Assembly: GCF_009914755.1 (NCBI RefSeq) | Contig: NC_060930.1 | Reading direction: 5' to 3' (one strand) | Source: the human T2T-CHM13v2.0 reference genome, Homo sapiens | DNA: 64,000 bases | Shown here: positions 31,126-43,500 of the stretch, piece by piece | Layout of the letters: every line of letters begins with the position of its first letter | Position numbering within the stretch: position 1 is the first letter of the stretch | The notes under the pieces: model-generated | Database searches by the model: none | The model's input: only the letters and a program-made list of their open reading frames with translations | What the model was told of the DNA's origin: nothing | Translations under genes and position numbers: made by a program

Positions 31126-32149
31126 ATAAGAAAAAATATTTAGTGATGGAGGAAGGAAAAAAGTATCCATTAACAAGAGCAAAATAATATAAAAAGTATT
31201 TAACAAGGAATATAAAGAATCATCAGAGAAAGTGTTATAAAACTTTTTTGAGACAAGAGAAGATGAATAAGTGGAGAAGAACATGGTGTTCACAGAGAGA
31301 AATATAGTAGATAGAATTAATACAGTTTCAAATTATGTATTTTCCTGTTGTTGGGTGGAGTGTTCTGTAAATGTAACTTACAGCTTAGTCAAGTTACTTG
31401 TTAGCACTGTTCAGTTATTCTATATCCTTATTGACTTTCTGCTTAATTTTTCTATGAATACTAAGAAATGAGTATAAAATCTCCAATGATAATTTTGGAT
31501 TTTTCTATTTCTCCTTCCTTTTATGTCAACTTTGTCTCCTGTATTTTGAAGCTCTGTTGTTAGGTGCATATGCATTTAAGATTGTTATGTCTCTTTAGAG
31601 AAATAACCCTTTATCATTAAGTGATGTCTGTCTTTATCCCTATTAGCATTTCGGGCTCCAATTTCTACTTTGTCTAGTATTGACATAATCATTCTGACTT
31701 TCTTTTGATTTCTTTTGCATAGTATATATTTCCCTTCTTTTTACTTTTAATGAAGGTATGTCGTTATATTTAAAATGGGTTGCTGATATGTTATAGTTCA
31801 ATATTCCATTTTTATTCAATCTGTTCTTCTCTATCATTTAATTGGTCTGTCTGGACCAATTATATTTAACATCCTTATTAATATGTTGAATTATTTTTGC
31901 TAGATATTTCTATTAATTCGATGAAATATTTATTTCTAAAATCATTTTTTTGCTTTCTTTTGGATTAGTTGTTGCCCTAGAATTTTACATATATGTATAA
32001 TCTATCTTCAAATCTACCTTAGATTAGCATACTCCAGATTTCTCTTATTCACTGTGCAATTGTTGTCATATAATTTCTTTCTCATATTCTGTAAACACAC
32101 AATACATTGCTACTATTTTTATTTTAGACAGTCTGTTACCTCATAAAGC

Positions 32150-32365
32150 AATGATTCTTAAATGGGAGCAACTTTCCCCTCAAGTGGCATTTGACAATGT
32201 CTGGAGATAGTTTTTGTTGTCACTAATGGGGAGGCTGCTACCGGCATGTATTGGATAGAGGCCAGGGGTGCTGTTAAAAGTCCTGTAACACACATGACAG
32301 CCTCCCACAAAAAAATAATTATCATCTGGCTCAAAATATTAATAGTTCTCAGGTTGAGAAACCTC
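32150..32365. mobile_element. MER20 (hAT-Charlie)
   Basis: catttgacaatgtctggaga...ggttgagaaacc. Confidence 0.65.
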
Positions 32366-32379
32366 ATTTTAGAGATTTT

Positions 32380-34222
32380 TAAACTTTCATTTTAAGTTCA
32401 AGGGTACATGTTCAGGTCTGTTACAAAGGTAAACATGTGTCATAGGGGTTTGTTTTATAGATTATTTCATCACCCAGGTATTAAGCTTAGTAACCAATAG
32501 TAATTTTTCCTGATCCTCTCCCTCCTCCCACCCTCCACTCTTCAATAGGTCCCAGTGTGTGTGGTTCCCCTCTATGTGTCCATGTATGTATTATCATAAT
32601 TTTGCTCCCACTCATAAGTGAGAACATGCAGTATTTGGTTTTCTGTTCCTGCATTAGTCTGCTAAGGATAATGGTCTCTAGCTCCATCCACGTCCCTGCA
32701 AAGAACATGATCTCATTACTTTTTTTTTTTTTTTTTTGAGACAGAGTCTGGCTCTGTCGCCCAGGCTGGAGAGCAGTGGCACAATCTCTGCTCGCTGCAA
32801 GCTCCGCCTCCAGGGTTCACGCCATTCTCCTGCCTCAGCCTCCCAAGTAGCCACCACACCCAGCTAATTTTTTGTATTTTTAGTAGAGACGGGGTTTCAC
32901 TGTGTTAGCCAGGATGGTCTTAATCTCCTGACCTCATGATCTGCCCACCTTGGCCTTCCGAAGTGCTGGGATTACAGGCGTGAGCCACTGCGCCCGGTCC
33001 AATCTCATTCTTTTTTATGGCTGCATAGTATTCCATGGTGTATATTACCAAATTGTTTTTATCCAGTCTATCATTGATGGGTATTTAGGTTGATTCCATG
33101 TCTTTGCTATTGTGAATAGTGCTGCAATGAGCATACGTGTACACGTGTCTTTATAATAGAACGATTTACATTCCTTTGGGTATATAACCAGTAATTGGAT
33201 TGCTGGGTCAAATGGTATGTCTGCCTTTGGGTTTTGAGGTATTGCCACACTGTCTTCCATAATAGTTGAACTAATTTACACTCCTGCCAACAGTGTATAA
33301 ACGTTCCTTTTTCTCCACAACCTCCCAGCATCTGTTAGTTTTTGACTTTTTAATAATAGCCATTCTGACTGGTGTGAGATGGTATCTCATTGTGGTCTTG
33401 ATTTGCATTTCTCTAATGATCAGTGATGTTGAGCTGTTTTTCATATGATTGTTGGCTACATGTATGTCTTCTTTTGAGAAGTGTCCATTCATGCCCTTTG
33501 CCCACTTTTTTATGGAGTTGTTCATTTTTTTCTTGTACATTTAAGTTTCTTATAGATGCTGGATATTAGACCTTTGTTGGATGCATAGTTTACAAAACTT
33601 TTCTCCCATTCTGTATGTTGTCTGTTCACTCTGCTGATAGTTTCTTTTGCTGTGCTCTTTAGTTTAATTAGATCCCATTTGTCAATTTTTGCCCTTGTTG
33701 CAATTACTTTTAGCATCTTCCTCATGAAATCTTTGCCCATGTCTATGTCCTGAGTAGTATTGCCTAGGTTGTCTTCCAGGGTTTTTATAGTTTTGGGTTT
33801 TACATTTAAGTCTTTAATCCATCTTAAGTTAATTTTTGTATATGGTGTAAGGAAGGGTTGCAGTTTCAACCTTCTGCATATGGCTAGCCAGTTCTCCCAG
33901 CACCATTTATTGAATAGGAAATCCTTTCCCCATTGCTTGTTTTTGTCAGGCTTGTTGAAGATCAGATAGTTGTAGGTATGAGGTCTTATTTCTGGTTGTC
34001 TATTCTGCTCCACTGGTCTATGTGTCTGTTCTTGTACCAGTACCACGTTGTTCTGGTTACTGTAGCCCTGTAGTATACTTTGAAGTCGGGTAGTGTGATG
34101 CCTCCAGCTTTGTTCTTTTTGGTTAGGATTGCCTTGGCTATTCAGGCTCTCTCTAGTTCTGTGAAGAATCTCAATGGTAGTTTTTAATAGGAATAGCATT
34201 GAATATATAAATTGCTTTGGGC
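32380..34222 (-). mobile_element. L1PA ORF2 3' part and 3'UTR with an inserted AluY-like element (32721-33000)
   Basis: ORF2 fragments [53 protein letters not shown]. Confidence 0.9.
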
Positions 34223-34269
34223 AGCACTTGCTTTTAAAGTTTTTATTAAAAATTATTTGTCATTAGTTT

Positions 34270-34545
34270 AATAATTAAGGCTAAGGAAAGGTATTTGTAT
34301 AGCCAGGTGGGGTGGTGTGCCCCTGTAGTCCCAGCTACTTGGAAGACTGAGGTGGGGCCTGGGAGTTTGAGGCCAGCCTGAGCAACACGGTGAGACCACA
34401 TCTCTAAAAATAAATAAGTAAATAAAAAGACCTATACAAAGAATGTTTACAATATGCACATTAGGACTGGAGAGTTCCTGGGAAGAGAATCAATCACTAC
34501 TGGACATGAGGAATATCAGTCTCCAGACAGTCAGCTTTGTAAACT
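34270..34545 (-). pseudogene. Fossil DQB-like promoter and 5'UTR remnant, interrupted by an Alu monomer
   Basis: 34462-34504 matches DQB1 63866-63908 at 33/43 nt ungapped and continues into a degenerate X box; 34271-34299 resembles the DQB1 5'UTR next to the ATG. Confidence 0.6.
34301..34428 (+). mobile_element. Alu monomer (FLAM/FAM-like)
   Basis: Single Alu arm with A-rich tail. Confidence 0.75.
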
Positions 34546-34744
34546 GATTCAGATGATTAAGAATTTCAGTCTAAGTCAACAAGTAGTTATTGATTACATA
34601 CCATAGTATCTGCAAAGTCTTCATGAAATAACCTATTTGGTTTAGCTGTAGAATACTCAGGAGCTATGGAGAAGGTAGATCTGGACATGGAGGTAATTTT
34701 GCATGTTTTTCAGTAGAAGACCATTACAAAGCAATCTTTCCTCA

Positions 34745-35074
<330 letters not shown>

Positions 35075-36993
35075 TCAAGTGAGTTATTTAAAACAACTAG
35101 TTCATACACATAGGAGTTGTTGCTGACAAAGAATTGGTGGAAATGATATTAAATAACAAACAATTGTTTTTATAAGTTTCCTCTGCTTCATTAATTTTAT
35201 GATTGTGAGAGACCACGTGACTGGATATCAGCATACAGGACTTTGTATCAGAATATGAGCTTGGCAGTCATAAGAGATTACTTACAATTCTTCACAATTC
35301 TGTATTTTCATTTGTAAAACTCCATAAAGTTTTTTATAAGAATAAATTGTAGCACCTTATTCATACTGGAATTCAACAGTTCTTAGTTCAAGTCTCCCTT
35401 GAGAAAGCTTCACTGTGTTTTTAGTGCAGATTAGTAAAGACAAGATCTTGACTGGTAGGTGAGTGTGTGGAATTTATTTCAAATATGGGGGCTCTCCAAC
35501 ACTCGCACACCAAATTCATTTACATATTGCCAAAAGCCAGAGGATATTTATGATAAGTTGCAAAAATAGCTACAAATTCTTTGTAGCCCATTCTGTCAAG
35601 AAATGCAATCTATTAACCCACCTTTTGATGTGAGCTAGTACTATGACTTGCTTTGAATAATAGAATGTAATGGAAGTGATGTCGTGAGTTTTAAGTTCAG
35701 CTCAAGACACCTGCTGTTTCTATCTTGCACAGGAGAGCTTTCCAGCACCTGTGATAAGCCTCAGCCCCCCTGCTGGATAATGAGTCCACATGAATGGAGA
35801 CAGGCCCCCTATATCTGCCAAACCTATTGATGCTACAGAGATGTGAGGGGGCCCACCTGAGAAAAGCTGAACCTGCCCAGTACATAAAGACCACTCAGGT
35901 GGGTTAAGCACAATTTGCTGTCTTACAGAATCATAAGGAGATACTAAACCATTATTTGAAGTCATTAAATTTTGGAGTACTTTGTTACATAGAAAATCTG
36001 ACAGATAAAACAGCCTTCAAAAAAATTGTGTTTTTCAGCAATGTCTTAGTGCTTCTGTGGCTCACAGGCTCCCACATGCCTGGAGTGCTACGGGGAGAAG
36101 GTTAAATGAATGAGGAAAAATTGACAGGCTTTCCCAGCCCAAAGCATGATGTTATTATCATTATCATTATTAATATTTGTCTTTATGTAGCAGCTACCAC
36201 TTGGGAATAGATGCTGTATGTCAGACACCGGATTGTATTTAACTTTATAATTGCACTTATCTATCATTTCATTTTACCATATTAACTATCACCTAATAAT
36301 TTTCCTTCTGTTTTATAGAAAATAACCTTAAGACTCAGGTATTTTGAGTGACTTGCTCAAGGTGCTGCAGCTGATAAAATCAAAAGCAGCATGGAATACA
36401 TATTTATCTTATTACAAAACCTATATTCTTTTCACTATGCTACTCTAGACTCTGTTATTGTTGTGAAGCACCTTTAACCACTGCAAGACAGAAGTCTTGG
36501 CCTTCAGAGTAAAACTTTACCAGTGCATAAAGTCAGACTAAAATAATTTGAAAATATACAGAGTCTTAGAGAACGTTATAACTGTTTATTAGAACTAACA
36601 TAAATTCTACCTAATTTCTTAGAGGGCTCTTAATGATGTGAATTATAATGGCACATCCCATTGCTATTTTAGTTATGGAATCAATGGCATGTCAATAAGT
36701 GCTTTCTGAGAAAATTGTTGGACAAAGTACTATTTTGAACTCCAAATTTTATTCCCACTATTAATTTATGAAGAGAACCTTTTCTCTTTCTACTAGACAA
36801 AGGTAACAAATTAGCTTTTGTTAAAATGGCATACTGTTCTTCTGAGTTTCATTTACTTATTACTTTACCTTACATTAAAATTATGACCTGAAGACAGAAG
36901 GAACTGGAGCAATGTTCACTGTGTTATGGCCGGATGAAGCAGGAAGAGGAGAAGAGAGACAAAACTAGGTTAAAGGTAGAAATGTCATCTGTT

Positions 36994-37260
36994 GGGCCAG
37001 GCGTGGCCTCACGCCTGTAATTCCAGCACTTTGGGAGGCCGAGGCGGGCGGATCATGTGGTCAGGAGGTCGAGACCATCCTGGCTAACACGGTGAAACCC
37101 CGTCTCTACTAAAAATACAAAAAATTAGCCAGGCGTGGTGGCAGGTGCTTGTAGTCCCAGCTACTTGCAGTGAGCCGAGATCGCGCCACTGCACTCCAGC
37201 CTGGGCGACAGAGCAAGACTCTGTCTCAAAAAAAAAAAAAAAAAAAAAAAAAAAGAAAAG
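36994..37260 (+). mobile_element. AluY-like with internal right-arm deletion and long A tail
   Basis: cccagctact|tgcagtgagccgag junction. Confidence 0.88.
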
Positions 37261-39828
37261 AAGTGCATCTATAATCTCTTCAATGACTTTGCCTTGGACT
37301 TTCCCTTCACCCCACAGGATGTGAGATCTGAAACTGCACCCTCAACTTCCCATCCAAGATGCAATTCTAATCCTACATTTAACACCCTAACTTCTTAATT
37401 GGAGTTGAGTTATTTAAACTGTAATTTTAATAGGTGAAATTCTAGACTACCATCCCAAAACATTTTGTTCATTTGCCAAAGTCCTAAGGAATTTCCATTA
37501 GATACAAAGCAGGTAAGTCTGGATACAGGAAAAAAAATAAAAACATGTTATTTGCTACACAGCAAAAAGGATATTGAGTGGTAAAGGGAGCACATCTCAA
37601 ATGGGACCTCAAAAACCCTCTTCATTCACAATGGCAGGAGCTAGAAAGAATAAAGCCACCTATAGGGTCAAATATCTCTCCTAATCATGTTAAGGCACTG
37701 GATTCTGAATTCGCACAGAAGGAGACTCTCACCCATCACTCCTCACAAGGACTCATGGCTTGCCCCATAGCATCACATCTGTGCTGCTTACCAGCTGTGT
37801 GACCCTGGGAAAAGTCCTTCAACTCTCTGGGATTTAATGTCCTCCTTGGAAAATGAGAATGATATTAAAATATGACAAGTATATGTAAAGAGTCCTAGGA
37901 ATTTTTCATTCCAAGTACAGTATATGTACATTCCTCACAACTGCCTAATGAGGTACCTCAATGCCTCCAGCCAAAGACCAGCAGGAGCATACAAGCAATG
38001 AACAAGTTGACTTTATTATTCATTGCAATGATGGATAAAACTCACCATGAGAATCATGCAGTAAGAGATTGTTGGAACCGAATAAGTAGAACCAGGAGAA
38101 TACATATATTAAGAGAATGATGCAACGAATTAATTTTTGCATCTGTAGGGGTGGGCTAAGCAAATCAGAGATCCACTGGGTGATAGTTGTCAGGAAGGGC
38201 AGGCTGGAACTCTCAGCACAGGCTGACACACTGTCCAGAGTGGAATTTCTTTTTCCTCAGAAAAACCTCAGCTCTGCTCTTAAGGCTTTTCAACAGCTTA
38301 GATTAAGCTCACCCAGTTTTTCTAGGATAAATTCTTAAAGTCAACTGATTATGAATTTCAATGACATCTACAAAATATCTTCACAGCAACACCTAGATTA
38401 TTAGTGTTTGATTTGATAACTGGGGATCACAGTCCAGCTGACACATAAAATTGACCATAAATCAATTGTAAGGTTTGTGCTTGTTTTAGGTGATTTTGGG
38501 GAGGATTTAAGAATGAGAGATTTTGCTTTTAGTTGGATTCTGACAGAAAGTGGAGGGTTGGGGTGGCAATGTTATGATTGGGTAGCTTCATAAATCTTAC
38601 CTAGAGGGACAGAAGACTATCCTGAGGCTACAGATGTGATGGTAAAGAAGCAGTAATCACTCCCGAGAGAGACATACCTGGTCATTTTTGTGGTTTGGAC
38701 AATATTCATGTTTTGTCTGGGTTCAGACATGATGACTGAGCATTCTGGTATTCTGTCTCAATCCACTGTGCTCACAGAATCCACTGTGCTCACAGAGTAC
38801 TTGTCTGATTCTGATGTTCTGTGAAATCCTTTATCTTCAATAGGAGAACCAAAACCACCTGGGAGTGCCAGCCTAGCTCCTAGCAACCCCAAGGCCTTGT
38901 TAATTGCAACCAGGCAGCTCTCAGGGGTCAGGACATTTTTTTTGTTTCACCTTTTTTTTTTTTTTACAGTCTCTGCCAGTGGGAGGTAAAACAGTGTTGA
39001 GAATCTCAGAAGGCCATTTATCAAGGACAGAGTGATTCTAAATAGATCTTCCATTAACTTACGGTTTCTATCATATACAGAAAGTAGATGTATCTGAAAA
39101 AAATAATAAGTTTTGTTCTAATGACTAACTTTAGCTCAATCCCTAGTCCCTTGCAAATATTTGGAATTTTAGTGTGGTAGGATAACAAATTTTAAAAGAT
39201 CTGGTAGTTTAAGAAAAGAAAACCATTTTTCTAAGTCAGTGCAATTCTTATTCTACCCTCAACTTTTGACTTGACATTCTTAATTAAAAAAAAAAAATTC
39301 TTAGAGTAATTGAGCCAGCCAAATTTTAAATGTAATCAATGTCCCTAAATTTCCTTTAAACATATGCAAGAAGCACCAAAACACAGAACGTAAAGATTAC
39401 TCAATGTAAAGAAAAACTGTATAAAATCTCATACAGTTACTGTAGACAGCACCATCTGACATTATAACCTTTTTTTATTGCCATGGCCAAAACCACCTGG
39501 ATCTTTTGAGAGCTTGAGAATAACTTACCAAACTGGATTTATACAAGTAGAAAAGGCAAAGGTGTTGATCGGCTACCACCAGCAGAGATCCCTAGGTAGG
39601 TGGGGTCAACTTAACATTTGGAGAATTCCATATGCACTATGGAAGCAAAAAGAAAAAGCAACTAACCCACATACAGAAGCCAGAGAAAGGGGAGGGGATG
39701 GGGACTGCCAGGGAGGGAAATCGACTCAGGGAAAAATTCCTGGAGGTTGTAACTCAGAAAATCCTGAAGGATGCCGTAGAATTGATGACATCATCTATCC
39801 ACGAGGCTGCTCAGAAATGCCCACCCCT

Positions 39829-40142
39829 GGCCAGGGCGGTGGCTCATGCCTGTAATCTGAGCACTTTGGGAGGCTGAGATGGGCAGATCACGAATTCAGG
39901 AGTTCGAGACCAGCCTGGCCAACATAGTGAAACTCTGTCTCTACTAAAAATACAAAAATTAGCCGGGCGTGGTGGCAGGCGCCTGTAATCCCAGCTACTT
40001 GGGAGGGTGAGACAGGAGAATCACTTGAACCCGGGAGTCAAAGTTTGCAGTGAGCCGAGACCATGCCATTGCACCTCAGCCTGGGTGACAGAGTGAGACT
40101 ACATCTCAAAAAAAAAAAAAAAAAAGAAAGAAAAAAAAGAAA
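39829..40142 (+). mobile_element. Alu upstream of the DQA1 promoter with a perfect 16-bp TSD
   Basis: agaaatgcccacccct at 39813-39828 and 40143-40158. Confidence 0.92.
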
Positions 40143-40289
40143 AGAAATGCCCACCCCTCTTGCCACTGGCAGACATGCACACACCAGAGAAGATTCCGAT
40201 TTCGTGTCCTCCCTCTATTCACAGAACATTTCCTCAAGTCCACTCTGAGTGGAGGCTGCATCACAACAAGGGGATTGCCCTGTCTCCTT

Positions 40290-40360
40290 CCAGGGCTCTT
40301 AATACAAACTCTTCAACTAGTAACTGAGGTGTCATCATAGGGGATTTTTCTAATTAGCCA
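40290..40360 (+). promoter_or_regulatory. DQA1 proximal promoter X1-X2-Y module with variant Y box
   Basis: X1 actagtaactgagg 40316-40329, X2 tgtca, Y ctaattagcc 40350-40359, about 115 bp upstream of the ATG. Confidence 0.85.
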
Positions 40361-40473
40361 AAACCTGACTTGGCAGGGTTTGGTTTGGGTGTCTTCAGAT
40401 TGCCTTGTCTCGAGGTCCTCACAATTGCTCTACAACTCAGAACAGCAACTGCTAAGGCTGCCTTGGGAAGAGG

Positions 40474-40555
40474 ATGATCCTAAACAAAGCTCTGATGCTG
40501 GGGACCCTTGCCCTGACCACCGTGATGAGCCCCTGTGGAGGTGAAGACATTGTGG
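40474..40555 (+). CDS. HLA-DQA1: DQA1 exon 1 coding part (signal peptide)
   Basis: ATG at 40474; donor G|gtgagt at 40556. Confidence 0.97.
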
Positions 40556-43500
40556 GTGAGTGTATGAGTGAGGGATGTTCTCTGGAGCTGGAAGAGAGGA
40601 AATTGAAGCAAAAGAGAGAAAGCGATTTGCAGAGAAATTGTAGAGATTTCCTAAGGGTCCCTTCAGTATTAAGAGATTTAAAAATTATGGCTGTTCCTCC
40701 TTCAGGAAACCAGAGTCCCAACCTACTCTTTTTGTTATCTATGCTGTTGGCGTTCACTAAGGATGCTATTCTGTTTATATTGTATTCAGTGACTATAGCC
40801 TGGAGGTCTCTATGTCATTCCATCATGATTGCCTCAAAAATTAGTGAGGTTTCCATCAATGGATAATTTTTTATTATTAAAAATTTGTGAAGTATCATTC
40901 TCAAATTTCCCTGAACAACTTTTGAAGCTTTTCGGATGTCTCCTGTAGTAGCGCTTGGGGTAAATGATTCCATCAATTATATACTCTATAGATATTAAGA
41001 AAGATGCCCTTTTCTTTCTCTCAGACTTACTAACATTTCCACGTGGGAACTGGCACAGGTGGGGAGTGGGTAAAGGAGTCCAGCAGGCTGAATGCCTTCA
41101 ACAATCATTTTACCACATGGTCCTCACTTACTCTCAGCTGCCTCATATGTGTCACCTCACAAATAATCAAATAAAATGGGCATGTAGCTAAGCTTTGTAA
41201 ATAGTGAAAACATGAATGTCAATTTTATTTTTACATATTTCTATTATAGGTATAGCTTCACATTTCTTTTCTTTTGCAAAATAAGGAATCCTTTTATTTT
41301 AAAATTGAGAATTTATAGTAGAAAAACTTGGTAAATTAAATCATTTTATTCTCAAATTATCAACCCAAATTACCTGTTCTTCAACTCATCTAATGAAGTC
41401 CTATAAAAAGAAAAGTGGGCCAGACATGGTGGCTCATGCCTGTAATCCCAGCACTTTGGGAGGCCGAGGCAGGAGGATCCTTTGAGCCCAGGAGTTGAGA
41501 CCAGCCTGGGCAACATAGCAAGACCTCATCTCTACAAAAAATAAAAATTAGCCAGGTGTGGTGGTGCATGCCTGTGGTGCCAGCTACTCAGAAGGCTGCA
41601 GTGGGAGGACTGCTTGAGTCCAGGAGGCGGAAGCTGCAGTGAGCCATGATGGCACCACTACACTCCAGCCAGGGCAACAGAGAGAAACTCTGTCTCAGAA
41701 AGAAAAAGGAAAGAAAGAGAGAAAGGAAGGAAAGAAAGAAAGAAGGAAGGAAGGAAGGAAGAAGGGGAAGGGAAGGGAAGGAAGGGAAGGAAAGGGAAGG
41801 GAGGAAAGAAGGAAGGAAAAAAGAAAAAGAAAGAAAAAAGAAAGAAAAAGAAAGAAAGAAAGAAAAGAGGGAAGGAAAGAAAGAAAAAGGAAGGAAGGAA
41901 GCACAGATTAATTATTAATCATTTGGTCTCTCTTAGTCTTCTCTGTCTTTGTCATCCATCTATTTCCACCTCTCTTCATGCATTCCTTTCTCCCTCTTCC
42001 CTTTCAGGATCCATCTCTGACTCCCTGCTTCTTTATATGGACAGTGGGGTTTGTAAAACAAAAGTTGAAAAATCAGATAGTTAAAAGGTGAAGTGAACTG
42101 GAAGGTCTAAACTTCCACAACCTTATTAACCATGGCTGCTCCCATTCTGATTTTGTTCGACGGTGGAAGTTTCACCTCCTTCTCCAGAGCACTTGGCTTC
42201 TTTGTTCCAAATTTCCTTTCTTCAACCTCACACCAGAGTGCCCTGGTCAGGCTCGGCTCATCCATTAGGCACAACATGGGCAATGCAGAGAACCCTCCAT
42301 ACTGTAAAGCCACATGAGAATGTTTTAACTCCTTTTAAGATTAGAAAAAAATGAAATTTCAGAGCCTAAGAAAATGTTTTAATTCAGCCTAGATTGTATT
42401 GTCTTTATACCAATTCAGTCATAAAATACAATTTTCCATATTTTCATGGAGGAAGGGGCCCACAAAAGCAAGAGTGCTCAGGGCTCACATGTCAGAATGC
42501 AGCCCTGGTCATGGCTGATCCTGGCCTTCTTATGATTCTGCTAGTGTGCCTGTCCGTCTTCCCCAAAATCTATGTCGTCCTCAAATATAGCAACTGTAAT
42601 TCAAAACACGTTTGAGCACACAGTAAGCTAAGTTTTAAGGATTCAAAGATGAAAAGTCATGCTGTCTTCCCTGCAGAGGGTGCTCAGACTAGTGATGGAA
42701 ACGGTATGGGATGCAGGAAAGCAGAAGGCCATTGCTGACCAGGGCAGTGGACTCAGCAGAGGCTGAAACTATACAAATGACTTGGTTCCAGCTGGGCCAG
42801 CAGGGTGACATCCTCCAGCAAAACTCGGCACCCAAGACAAGTCCCAGATGAAAAGAAGGATTGCTTTGTGTTTGATAAGGAGTCAAGGTTTATTGCAAGG
42901 ATAAGGCTTTGTTGGTGGCCTGTTAAGACAATCCAGGGCAGTCATACTGGATAAGGAAGAAGGTGAGCTGGAAGAGGAACAGACAAACAGCCAGATATTG
43001 AGGTGGAGGAGCTGGAGGTCATAACGTGGTCAAAAACATGTCGATGAGAGGACTTAGCTACAAAGTTGTTAACTTAAGCAGAAACCTCAAGGATGAATTT
43101 TAGGATTTCTCCAGGAAGTCCTAAAAGATAATTTCATTTCAGGGAGAAAAACAACAAACCACTGGAAAGACCAGGGAACATGAAAGGATAATGTAGTTTG
43201 GTTTGCTTGGCAGATACTTATGAAGGATGTTGGACTGTAAGGCTGTTGATAGCCTCCTCACAGAACATGCTACAGTACATTGTATCTGCTCCCTTACCTA
43301 CCTGACTCTTCCACTCTTCAGTTTGTTCCTTAATGGTAGACCATGCCTGATTGGTGTTTTACACATCCCCTGCTATGTCTGACACTTGTGGATGCTCAGA
43401 AAGTGGGGAAGGAAGGAAAGATACAACGGTAAAAGGCTTACACGTCTTGACAGGAATGTCCAGTTCGGCTCATTTGGCTGGAGCCACATTGCACGGCTGC

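Noticed and set aside
33522-34199. 225-aa minus-strand ORF
   Set aside because: Frameshifted fragment of L1 ORF2 in a truncated element.
40474-40866. 130-aa ORF starting at the DQA1 ATG
   Set aside because: Exon 1 read-through into intron 1; a canonical donor is present at 40556.
41639-41918. Lys/Arg/Glu-rich and Phe/Leu/Ser-rich ORFs (also 10462-10797 and 45385-45600)
   Set aside because: Translations of purine or pyrimidine microsatellites.
42100-42180. Imperfect hairpin in DQA1 intron 1 (aaacttccac / gtggaagttt)
   Set aside because: Only a 10-bp perfect stem with a long loop; expected by chance in 64 kb.
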